This document shows positions 46,310 through 54,367 of a stretch of 64,000 nucleotides of DNA, piece by piece; position 1 is the stretch's first letter; every line of letters starts with the position of its first letter. A program made the position numbers and the translations under genes. Below the pieces are notes generated by a model. It saw nothing but the letters and a program-made list of their open reading frames with translations. It was not told the DNA's origin and did no database searches. The DNA is from Eubacteriales bacterium (GTDB taxonomy: Bacteria > Bacillota > Clostridia > Oscillospirales > CAG-272). The stretch covers positions 24,894 to 88,893 of the forward strand of contig JAZODU010000018.1 in NCBI GenBank assembly GCA_045597145.1, written 5' to 3'.

Positions 46310-46669
46310 ATGAAAAAATATCTTTCTTTTATTCTCGTTATTCTCTGTCTGCTCCTTCCCCTCTCTGCCTGCGCGCAAAAGGACGGCGGCAAGCCTGCCG
46401 ATACGCCCGAAGCGGCAAAAGCGGCTCTGAAGGAAAACGGCTACACCGTCAGCCTCACGACCGACGAAGCCCTGCTCGATCACCAGGGGTTGCACACCAC
46501 GCTCTACGCCTACAAGGGCGAGGACGTCATTACCATTCACTATTTCGACTCTGCCGCCGATGCCGATGCCGCATGGGAAAGCATCAAAAAGGACGGCTAC
46601 ATCTGTAAAAAATCCGATTCCATGATCTGGATCGCTACCTCCGCCGCCGTCGTCAAGGACGCGCGGTAA
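46310..46669 (+). CDS. Small lipoprotein, distant paralog 3 of 3
   Basis: ATG 46310 (the track start 46304 is TTG). MKKYLSFILVILCLLLPLSAC. Shares K-P-A-D-x-P-E-x-A-K-x-A-L-K-E-N-G-Y and ...MIWIATS..VVK with paralogs 1 and 2. GC-richer codons, no promoter of its own, and starts 8 nt after the paralog-2 stop. Confidence 0.65.
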   Translation: MKKYLSFILVILCLLLPLSACAQKDGGKPADTPEAAKAALKENGYTVSLTTDEALLDHQGLHTTLYAYKGEDVITIHYFDSAADADAAWESIKKDGYICKKSDSMIWIATSAAVVKDAR

Positions 46670-46674
46670 CAGCA

Positions 46675-46714
46675 AACACACGGGGAGAGCCGCTTGGCTC
46701 TCCCCGTGTGTTTT
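46675..46714. terminator. Bidirectional terminator
   Basis: ACACGGGGAGAGCC-GCTT-GGCTCTCCCCGTGTGTTTT, between convergent genes. Confidence 0.75.
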
Positions 46715-49448
46715 ATTCCTCGTTACCCCAATTGCTGATAGGCGTGGGATCGTAAATCTTTTTGGTGACCGTCTCACCCTCGGCAAGGAGTGCGCAGGCC
46801 ACCGAGAGGCGCAAGCGCTCCTTGACGTCGGCTTCGATGTAAAGGCGCGTCAGATCGCAGCCAGGCACCGCTTCGGTTGCAAAGCGTGCCTGCCCAAAGC
46901 CGCCCGCCTTACAAAGCAAGGTCTTTCCGTTCTTTTCCAGCTTTGCGATCTTGTTGCCGCCCTGAAGCGTCACGCTCGCAGGCGTATACACGCTCCAAAC
47001 GATCTTTCCGGGAGCTTTCAGCACCAGCTCATCCTGAATGACCGCTACCGAGCGGTTTTCGGTAAGCATTACACCGCGCTTTCCGCGCGCGATCGCGGAA
47101 TTGGTCGAGGTCATATCCACCACCGCGTAAATGCGCTCCATGCTTCCGCGCATTTCGGTCAGCTTTGCCTCAGCGGTCGGATTCTGATCGGGTGCGGGGG
47201 ACGCCACGGGATTGACCACGATGGTGTTCTGCCCTGCCGCACGGCGACGCATGGTCACGGGAAGCGACGCAATACCGCCCGTTTCGGCAAAGAAACGAAC
47301 GCCGCCGCAATCAAGGATCACGCTGCCGCAGTCGAGGTCGCCATTCGCCACCGCGTTACTGCCGCCGTGAAGACCGAGGAACCAATCCTCGCCGCTCCAG
47401 CCCGAGCGCATCACGGCAAGTCCCGCCTTGCGGTAGACCGCGTCAAGCGGCATACGGGGTGCGTATGCGTCGTCAACGGGCATATAGAACACGATATCAA
47501 AGGGGCTGACCTTCTTTTGACCCGCGATCAACTGCTGGCGGCGAAGCCATGCAGGCGTGGGATCCTCTATCAGTGCAGACGCGCGGAACGCCATGCAGTT
47601 ATCCACGGGGATCGCCGTGCTGTTGTGATAGTTCCACATACCGTTTGCATTCTCGGTGCAGATCGGGAAATAGATACTGCCGTTGAAGCCGGGCGCACTG
47701 CCAAATCCGTAATCGTTGCCGCACGCCTTTTCAAGCATTGCGATCATCAGGGAAAGTGCGCGATAACTCTTTTCCCAAGCCGCCACGCCCTCGGCATATC
47801 CGCCGTCGGGTGCGTAGGACGCAAAGCAGAGCTCGGCGTTGCGCAAAATGCGATCCAAAAGCTTGAGCACGGTTTCGGGATAGATGTCGCAGAGTGCCAG
47901 TGCCATGGCAAGCATGCCCGCGTTGACGACCGCAGCAGCAGTGCCGCCTGCGATCCACATCTTTCTCTTGCCGTCGTAGCACTCAAGACCGACGCGCATA
48001 CCGTTGCGAAGCATAGCGCGCTCGATGATCGCCTTTCTGCCCTCGCTCCAAACGTGGTGGCACCAGTCGTAGCAGATCGCCACGGCAAGCGCGACCGTGC
48101 CAAGCGCGGACATCAGATTGGGATTCCAATCCGACAAGCCCGCCAACGCCTCGCACTCAAGTGCGGCGCGCTCGGAATATTTCTTGTCACCCGTTACACG
48201 GTAAAGGGTGGAAAACGCCAAAATTTTATCTGCCGACTCGGTCAGCGCATCGACCGATGCGATCGGCGCAGAGGCGAACGCCGCACTGCCCGTTCCAAAG
48301 TCAACCTTCAGCTTTGCCACGTAATCTTTCAGCTGCTCGTCCTCCTTGGCATTTCGGCGCAGCTGCATCAATTCGTCGTAGGAGAGCAGAAGTCTGCCGC
48401 GCGACGAATTTGGGAAACGGCGGCGCAGGTCTGCCACGACGCGCTCTGCCGTGGGACGCAGGAAGGTCAGGTCGGACACGAGCTGCCAGATCACAGCCGC
48501 ATCTCTGCCGCTTTGGAAAATATTCTTGCGGTTAGAGAGGACGATCAATCCCGTGGGATCGACGAAGATCTGACGCCAACGGAAAAACTCACGCACAAAA
48601 TCTGCGGGGAAAAAGAGCGTTCCGTTGACGGCACGGGGTGCAAAGTCAAGTGCCTGCTCCTCGCCGTCCACACGCATCTTCTTCTCGCCTGCCACAAAGG
48701 CGTACTTTTTGCGGCGGTAGGTAAAGTTCAAGGTCAGCGCGCGGTTATCCACGACCGCGGAAAACGCGATGCACGCCGCTACGGGTGCCATGGGAAGCCA
48801 GAGCGTGCCGTCCTCCTCAAAAGGCTTGGCAGGCTCGCCGTCGATCGAGTTGGCAATTCGCTTGCGATCCACAATGCTGAAGTTGCCCGTGCGCGAGAAG
48901 AGTGCCGCGCCCTTGAGCTCGGGCATGGTGGTATACAGCGGAGCTGCCAGATCCGCATACACGTAAAAGCTGTCAAGATAGATCGCGGTCCGTCGTGCGC
49001 CTTCGGGGACACCGCCGATGTATTCGAGCGTGATGCTGCCGATATGATCCCAGCCTGCCGCATCGCGTACACTGTGCAAAAACGGCAGCTCGATGCGGTA
49101 ATCGTTCCAACCGTCCTTTGCAACCGTCAGGTCGCAAGCGTAGCCGTTCTGTCCGTCCCCGTCAAGGCTGTTGTCAAACAGCACGCGGAAGGAAAGCCCT
49201 GCGGCACCGACACCCATGAGCGAAAAGGTCAGAAAACGCACGCCCGACAAATCCGACCCGCCCATCGGGATCGACACGCGCGGTGCTTTTACGGGATACC
49301 ATGCCGCCGACATATGCGCGCTCTTTTTGTGCGCGAGGTCGGGCGTAAGGTCTGCCCCCTCGATCAGATCATACTGGTTCATATCCACGAGGAGCTGTGC
49401 CTGACTGCTCTCAACTGCCTCGATCATGCTTCTCAAATTCTTTTTCAT
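46713..49448 (-). CDS. Heparinase II/III-family (polysaccharide-lyase-like) protein with extra N-terminal domains
   Basis: Alpha-toroid-like segment ...ICYDWCHHVW...YAPDGGYAEGVAAWEKSY... and a C-terminal ...GLHGGSNAVANGDLDCGSVILDCGG... resembling the heparinase II/III C-domain. A copper-amine-oxidase-N-like beta segment (ALTLNFTYRRKKYAFVAGEKKMRVDGEEQALDF). No signal peptide seen. Confidence 0.6.
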   Translation of the reverse strand: MKKNLRSMIEAVESSQAQLLVDMNQYDLIEGADLTPDLAHKKSAHMSAAWYPVKAPRVSIPMGGSDLSGVRFLTFSLMGVGAAGLSFRVLFDNSLDGDGQNGYACDLTVAKDGWNDYRIELPFLHSVRDAAGWDHIGSITLEYIGGVPEGARRTAIYLDSFYVYADLAAPLYTTMPELKGAALFSRTGNFSIVDRKRIANSIDGEPAKPFEEDGTLWLPMAPVAACIAFSAVVDNRALTLNFTYRRKKYAFVAGEKKMRVDGEEQALDFAPRAVNGTLFFPADFVREFFRWRQIFVDPTGLIVLSNRKNIFQSGRDAAVIWQLVSDLTFLRPTAERVVADLRRRFPNSSRGRLLLSYDELMQLRRNAKEDEQLKDYVAKLKVDFGTGSAAFASAPIASVDALTESADKILAFSTLYRVTGDKKYSERAALECEALAGLSDWNPNLMSALGTVALAVAICYDWCHHVWSEGRKAIIERAMLRNGMRVGLECYDGKRKMWIAGGTAAAVVNAGMLAMALALCDIYPETVLKLLDRILRNAELCFASYAPDGGYAEGVAAWEKSYRALSLMIAMLEKACGNDYGFGSAPGFNGSIYFPICTENANGMWNYHNSTAIPVDNCMAFRASALIEDPTPAWLRRQQLIAGQKKVSPFDIVFYMPVDDAYAPRMPLDAVYRKAGLAVMRSGWSGEDWFLGLHGGSNAVANGDLDCGSVILDCGGVRFFAETGGIASLPVTMRRRAAGQNTIVVNPVASPAPDQNPTAEAKLTEMRGSMERIYAVVDMTSTNSAIARGKRGVMLTENRSVAVIQDELVLKAPGKIVWSVYTPASVTLQGGNKIAKLEKNGKTLLCKAGGFGQARFATEAVPGCDLTRLYIEADVKERLRLSVACALLAEGETVTKKIYDPTPISNWGNEE

Positions 49449-49550
49449 GTACGTCCCCCTGCGAAGTATAATTCTCTAATTTAAGTATAGCACACAAAAG
49501 CCGAAATGTCAATTTCGGCTTTTGTTTTTTTATGTTTTTTTTTATGATTT

Positions 49551-51167
49551 TCAGCCAACCGCACCAAAGACGCCGCGCAGATGTGCGACCAGCGCACGGG
49601 CGCGCTTTTCGTAGCCCGTGTCACTGAGCGCAAAGAGATCGATCACATATCCGCCATCGCACCGTCTGTCGGTGTCGGCGTTGATCGACAGGTGATCGTA
49701 AAGAATCACGATCCCCTCCTCCTCCCTGCCGCCAAGTGCCCGTTGCAGGTGGTCGAGAAACAAGAACTGATCTGCGCGCGTTTTGCCTACGTTGATCTCC
49801 AAGGCACTGCTAAAGCCCGTCAGTTGATACCTCTTGTCGGGCGAGAGTGCGGGGGGCAGAATGATGACTTGAATATCGCCGTCGTACGCCTCGATCGACT
49901 CGACGATATCGGCAACATCCATCGCGGCGTCGCGCCCATAGCCGTCGCCATCGCCCAGAGAGATCACCACGAAATCCAGCGCGGTGTAGCCGTTTTGTTG
50001 CATATAATACGCAAAATCAAAGGTGCCCGCGGTCGGATTGTAGAAGGGATTGTCGACCGAGCTGTGTAGGTAATCCGCCGCGCTCCACCCATATCCTCCC
50101 TCGTGGGAAAGCCTCCCCGTGGAGCGTGTGCCGATGAGCGTCAGCTCGGGGCATGCTTCTGTCAACGCAGCAAGATAGCCCTCGCGCGCCACGTGGTCGT
50201 CGCCAAGCAGAAGCCCTGTCAAGTGCCCTGCCGTCACCTCGGCACGAAGCACCCGCACCGCGACGTTGTGCGTATACGCCGTATACCAGCCGCCCGCATC
50301 GTAAAGCTCCAGCGAAACGGTCAGCGTTTCCATGCCGTGTGCGCTCGGCGTTACGGTAAAGCCCGCGTCGGTGTAGATGCGCTCGCCATCCCCCGAAAAG
50401 GCGTAGGACACCCGCATATGCTCAGGCAAATACGGCACAATCTGGTCGTTTTGCAGTATGAGCGGCTCGCCCGCCGTCACCGTCATCTGCTCGGGCAGAT
50501 GCACGTCGGGCAATTCGCCATGATATTCGTATTTCAGCTCCAGATAGTAGGAGCTTGCGTAGCAGATCACGCTCTCGCCGTTCTTTTGGTAAACAAGGCG
50601 CGACCAGCCCACGCTTCCAAGGCTCTCGTTCTCGCCCACGCGCAAAAGCTCGGCACCCGCAGGAACGGGATCGACCAAAGGATAGCTTGCGCCGGGGCCC
50701 TCGCGCAGATTGAGTGCTGCGCAATTGGTCACCGTTACCATCTCGTAGGTGCTGACGAAGCCCCCGTCATCGACCTCGCCCAAGGAATCGTTCTCGCCGC
50801 CGATATAACCCGCGTTGAGAACCACGCCGTTGGTCAGTGTCACGTAGAGGTAGCCCTGCGCACTGATGCGCACGTCGCGCACGCCGATGCCGTTCTGTCC
50901 GTCCTTGCCGGGAGCACCGTCGTCGCCGTTCTCACCCTTGATTGCCAAGGACAGAAGCCACTCGTGAAGCGAGCCCTCAAAGCCGTCCTCAACAGCCAAT
51001 TCATAGGCGGACTTGCCGCTCTCGCCGTCCTTGCCGGATGCTCCGTCACGACCGTTGAGCCCTTCGATGACCCAAACGCCGCCTTTGATGGCATGAACGG
51101 TCAAAAGCCCTGCGATCGCCACCAGAACGACCAGAATACAGATCAATAACCCTGTGTTTCTTCTCAT
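49551..51167 (-). CDS. Membrane-anchored protein with collagen-like (G-X-Y) tail-fibre-type segment, SH3b-like domain and SGNH-like C-terminal domain
   Basis: N-terminal TM anchor ([16 protein letters not shown]). [81 protein letters not shown] (SH3b-like). No SD in front of ATG 51167. Confidence 0.6.
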   Translation of the reverse strand: MRRNTGLLICILVVLVAIAGLLTVHAIKGGVWVIEGLNGRDGASGKDGESGKSAYELAVEDGFEGSLHEWLLSLAIKGENGDDGAPGKDGQNGIGVRDVRISAQGYLYVTLTNGVVLNAGYIGGENDSLGEVDDGGFVSTYEMVTVTNCAALNLREGPGASYPLVDPVPAGAELLRVGENESLGSVGWSRLVYQKNGESVICYASSYYLELKYEYHGELPDVHLPEQMTVTAGEPLILQNDQIVPYLPEHMRVSYAFSGDGERIYTDAGFTVTPSAHGMETLTVSLELYDAGGWYTAYTHNVAVRVLRAEVTAGHLTGLLLGDDHVAREGYLAALTEACPELTLIGTRSTGRLSHEGGYGWSAADYLHSSVDNPFYNPTAGTFDFAYYMQQNGYTALDFVVISLGDGDGYGRDAAMDVADIVESIEAYDGDIQVIILPPALSPDKRYQLTGFSSALEINVGKTRADQFLFLDHLQRALGGREEEGIVILYDHLSINADTDRRCDGGYVIDLFALSDTGYEKRARALVAHLRGVFGAVG

Positions 51168-51176
51168 CGTTGTGTA

Positions 51177-51646
51177 TTAAATCGTTGCGACAAAGCGTTC
51201 AAACGCCGCTCTGCCCTCGGGTGTGCACTTGTAAACACCTGCGTCCTCAAGAACCCCTTCAAAGTTTCTGCCGATCTCGGTTTGGAGCACCCTATGTACG
51301 TTTTCGGGGGTAAAGGTGCAGTGTCGCGCAAAGTCTGCGACCCACGCGGCGTGCTTGGAAAGCACCTCGTCGGTCGAGAGAGCGCGTCCGTCAGGGAGTG
51401 CGTCGGCAAGAGAGCCATCTCGGACTTCAGCCGCGACGGGAGAACCGCCAGGTCCATGACCTCGATCAGTCCAATATTTTCCTTTTTGATGTTGTGCTTG
51501 TCGGCGTGGGGGTGGAACACACCCAAGGGGTGCTCCTCGGTGGTCAGATTGTTGCGCAGCACCAGATCGATCTCATAGTCCTCGCCGCGGCGGCGCGCGA
51601 TGGCATACTCGCAAAGATCGGCAATTCTGTTACATATGTTTCCCAT
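51177..51646 (-). pseudogene. galT: galT (Firmicute-type galactose-1-phosphate uridylyltransferase) 3' remnant, frameshifted
   Basis: Track ORF 51164..51646 begins ...[48 protein letters not shown], the C-terminal third of type-2 GalT. The rest of the C-terminus ([11 protein letters not shown]...[26 protein letters not shown]) is in another frame (ORF 51177..51365). The N-terminal ~2/3 of the gene is absent. Confidence 0.65.
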
Positions 51647-51759
51647 TGATCAGGTGTCCTCTTTTCCATGGTTCTCAATTATATTCATTATAGCACATCC
51701 TTCCCTTTTTGTAAATGCCCGCAATGATTTTTTTGGAAATTTATTTGATGTTAGGGACA

Positions 51760-51797
51760 AAAACACGACCCACCCCGAGGGGTGGGTCGCTTGGATC
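51760..51797 (-). terminator. Terminator of the 814-aa lipoprotein gene
   Basis: The minus strand reads GACCCACCCC-TCGG-GGTGGGTCGTGTTTTTGT. Confidence 0.7.
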
Positions 51798-51834
51798 ATT
51801 GAATGATTATCAAATATCCAATAGGGTCAGGCAA

Positions 51835-54279
51835 TTACTGCTTTTCCATCGTCTGAGGGAAGCGCAAGCCTTCACACTGGAAGGTCAATTCGCCGCCAAG
51901 ACCAACACTGATCATAACGGCATTGGTCTCCTCACCGCCTTCATCGTAAATGGTAATTGCCTGCGTGGTTTCATCTACGGTGTAGGTGTAGGTGTTGGTA
52001 ACGAAGGCATTATTATCCTCAACCACCAACGTACCGTCCTCAACGTACAGCATCCAGATACCGCCCATAACGCTGTAGGTACCGTTGGGAAGGAGAGAAT
52101 CATCAACATCACCGCCCTGATCGCCGCCGTCATTAACAGGAATTGCTACGTAATCCTCGTCCCAATCATAGGTGGACGTTACAAATATAATGGTTTCGTA
52201 GTTAGCATCAAACATTGCATCATCAATCGGCTGAATCGTTCCGTAGTAATCCTCAAAACCGATCTCAGGAGTATCGTTGTCTGCAAGGGTCATAACGATG
52301 TCGCCTTCTACTACAACGTAAGCATAGGTGTCGCTAACAGCACCATCGGTCAATACAACCGTACCGTCAACAGCATCGGTAGAAGCGTCGGGCGTAAAGG
52401 TTGCGGTAACACCCATCAAGCCACTCAGGCTGTAGGTACCGTTGAGAAGCGCGTCAAGGTTGGGAGTGTCATTCACAACTACCGTCAAGGTCGTGGTAAC
52501 GTCAGTATTTGCAACGGAAGTAAAGGTAATGGTATAAGTGCCTGCCTCGCTGATGATAAGCTTGTCAGCGACACCGTCAACACCCATTTCCCAGCCGTAC
52601 TCGTCCTCTACGTCGTAGACAACGCTCATGCTCGCTGTATCAATCGAAACTGCATCGGCATTGCCTTCGGTAACCGTCCAGGTATAGGAAGCATCTGCAT
52701 TGGGATTTGCTACAACGCGGAAGCCAAAGGGAGTATTCGCCCAAATTTCAAGCTCGGTTGCATTTACCCAAGAGGTGTAATACTCCATGCCAAACCAGCC
52801 GGCATCTACCTCAACGGTACCCAGCACCTGAGCATACAGCTCGGTGGTTGCGGGAGCGACCAGAACCATCTCAAAGCTCTTGGTTACGTTCGCAGTCGTT
52901 ACGGTTACGGTGTAGGTGCCGCCTGCCAGACCTTCGGTTTTGACCATCGTGTAGTAGGTGTAGGGCATCCATGTACCTTCCATAAGGAAATTGCCGTCTA
53001 CATCAAAAATCTCAACGGTGGGCTCATCAATTACAAGAAGCGCAGAATCGGGAGCGAAGTTGGTGTAGTACAGATCCAGTCTGCTACCTGCTTCAACGGT
53101 AATCGAATCCTCAATTACTTCACCGCCATCACCGTTGGTAACGTCGAAGTCGTTAAACAGAAGCTTATCCTGTGTGTAGGGGTTGGAATCGTCAACAACG
53201 TCTGCCTGCGTCAGAACTGCAAGCACTGCATATTCTGCCGCTGCGTCCTCTGCAATTGCGAATTCGCCCTCTACCTCAACGATAGAATCGCTGTAGTAGG
53301 TGTCGATAGCAACCGCCAAAGAATCGATGATGTAGGTCTCGGACAGCGTGAATGCAATTGCAACAGTAGTAATCTTGCTGCAAGACTGACCGATCACCTC
53401 ACCGGTATCTTCATCGTAAATCTCGCCCATAACGGCAATCTGACCTGCGATGGTGTAAACACCGTCCTCAACGGACAGAACAGCGTCATCGCCCAGAAGC
53501 TCAAGAACGCCTTCAATCACTGCAACCGCACCGTAGAAATCGAAGCCGTCTACCTGCGTGAGGAAGTTGAAGCGAACACCGTTCATAATCTCAACGCCCT
53601 CATCGCCCCAATACTTGCCGGCTTCTCCGTTCTGTACCTGAATTGCAAACACAACGTCCTCGTACTCACCCGTAGGCTCGCCCGTGACATCGTCGATGAT
53701 TTCGGACTGACCGAGCGAATACCAAATTTCCGTACCGTCCATCTTGGTGAAGAAATAGTCGTCGCCGTATGCGAATTCCGTCTTTTCACTGTAGGTGTAG
53801 TCCCCGTTCGTGGTTGCTACAACCAGCTTACCGCCGACTACGGTGTTCTGCAGAAGCGCACCGATCTTCAGCGCGTTTTCTACGGTGCTGACGTCGGGCT
53901 CACCGACAACTGCTTTACAAACGGTGCAAGCACCGAGATCGTCGGGCGTACATGCCGTTACGTCTGCATTTGCCACGGTGTGACCGCAATCAGCCACGTG
54001 GAAGTGGTAGCCGCCTTCGGAAGTCCATTCCTCGGCGTAGGTGTGGGTGTGATCGTAGTCATAAGCACAATCATCACATACACCGTCGTTGTTGTCGTCT
54101 GCATGGAGTTCCAGATCAGCCTTGAGGTCCTTACAGCCGCAGGTTGCAGCATGCCAGTGACCGTTCTCGTTGGTCGTCCACTCTTTTGCATACGAATGAG
54201 TGTGTGCGGGCTCGTTACATCCGACCAGCATAGAAGCGACCAGAAGCAAGCAAAGACCCATGTAGAGAAGTTTCTTCAT
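51835..54279 (-). CDS. Large surface lipoprotein with N-terminal repeated His/Cys motif
   Basis: MKKLLYMGLCLLLVASMLVGC lipobox. Two copies of H-T-H-x-Y-A-x-E-W-T-x5-H-[WF]-H-x-A-x-C-G, each followed by Cys pairs. The remainder is Thr/Val/Asp-rich and beta-like. Confidence 0.7.
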   Translation of the reverse strand: MKKLLYMGLCLLLVASMLVGCNEPAHTHSYAKEWTTNENGHWHAATCGCKDLKADLELHADDNNDGVCDDCAYDYDHTHTYAEEWTSEGGYHFHVADCGHTVANADVTACTPDDLGACTVCKAVVGEPDVSTVENALKIGALLQNTVVGGKLVVATTNGDYTYSEKTEFAYGDDYFFTKMDGTEIWYSLGQSEIIDDVTGEPTGEYEDVVFAIQVQNGEAGKYWGDEGVEIMNGVRFNFLTQVDGFDFYGAVAVIEGVLELLGDDAVLSVEDGVYTIAGQIAVMGEIYDEDTGEVIGQSCSKITTVAIAFTLSETYIIDSLAVAIDTYYSDSIVEVEGEFAIAEDAAAEYAVLAVLTQADVVDDSNPYTQDKLLFNDFDVTNGDGGEVIEDSITVEAGSRLDLYYTNFAPDSALLVIDEPTVEIFDVDGNFLMEGTWMPYTYYTMVKTEGLAGGTYTVTVTTANVTKSFEMVLVAPATTELYAQVLGTVEVDAGWFGMEYYTSWVNATELEIWANTPFGFRVVANPNADASYTWTVTEGNADAVSIDTASMSVVYDVEDEYGWEMGVDGVADKLIISEAGTYTITFTSVANTDVTTTLTVVVNDTPNLDALLNGTYSLSGLMGVTATFTPDASTDAVDGTVVLTDGAVSDTYAYVVVEGDIVMTLADNDTPEIGFEDYYGTIQPIDDAMFDANYETIIFVTSTYDWDEDYVAIPVNDGGDQGGDVDDSLLPNGTYSVMGGIWMLYVEDGTLVVEDNNAFVTNTYTYTVDETTQAITIYDEGGEETNAVMISVGLGGELTFQCEGLRFPQTMEKQ

Positions 54280-54367
54280 AAAACTTTCCTCCTTAAAAAA
54301 TTTTTATTTCAACTTTTCATTGAAACCGATAGTAGTGAATGCCACGTGCGTTGCGTGTGAAAAGCAA

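Noticed and set aside
50880-51060. Apparent short tandem DNA periodicity (GGx GAx GGx...).
   Set aside because: It is the coding sequence of collagen-like G-X-Y repeats in the 538-aa protein, not a non-coding tandem repeat.
51715-54360. 881-aa plus-strand ORF opposite the 814-aa lipoprotein gene. Similar long ORFs lie at 58232..60271, 47367..49484, 36224..37996, 34559..36079, 9927..11186, 21708..22901, 22865..23899, 32149..33339 and 1042..2517.
   Set aside because: Each is antisense to a gene with a signal peptide, catalytic motifs and an RBS. None has a convincing start context or recognisable domain.
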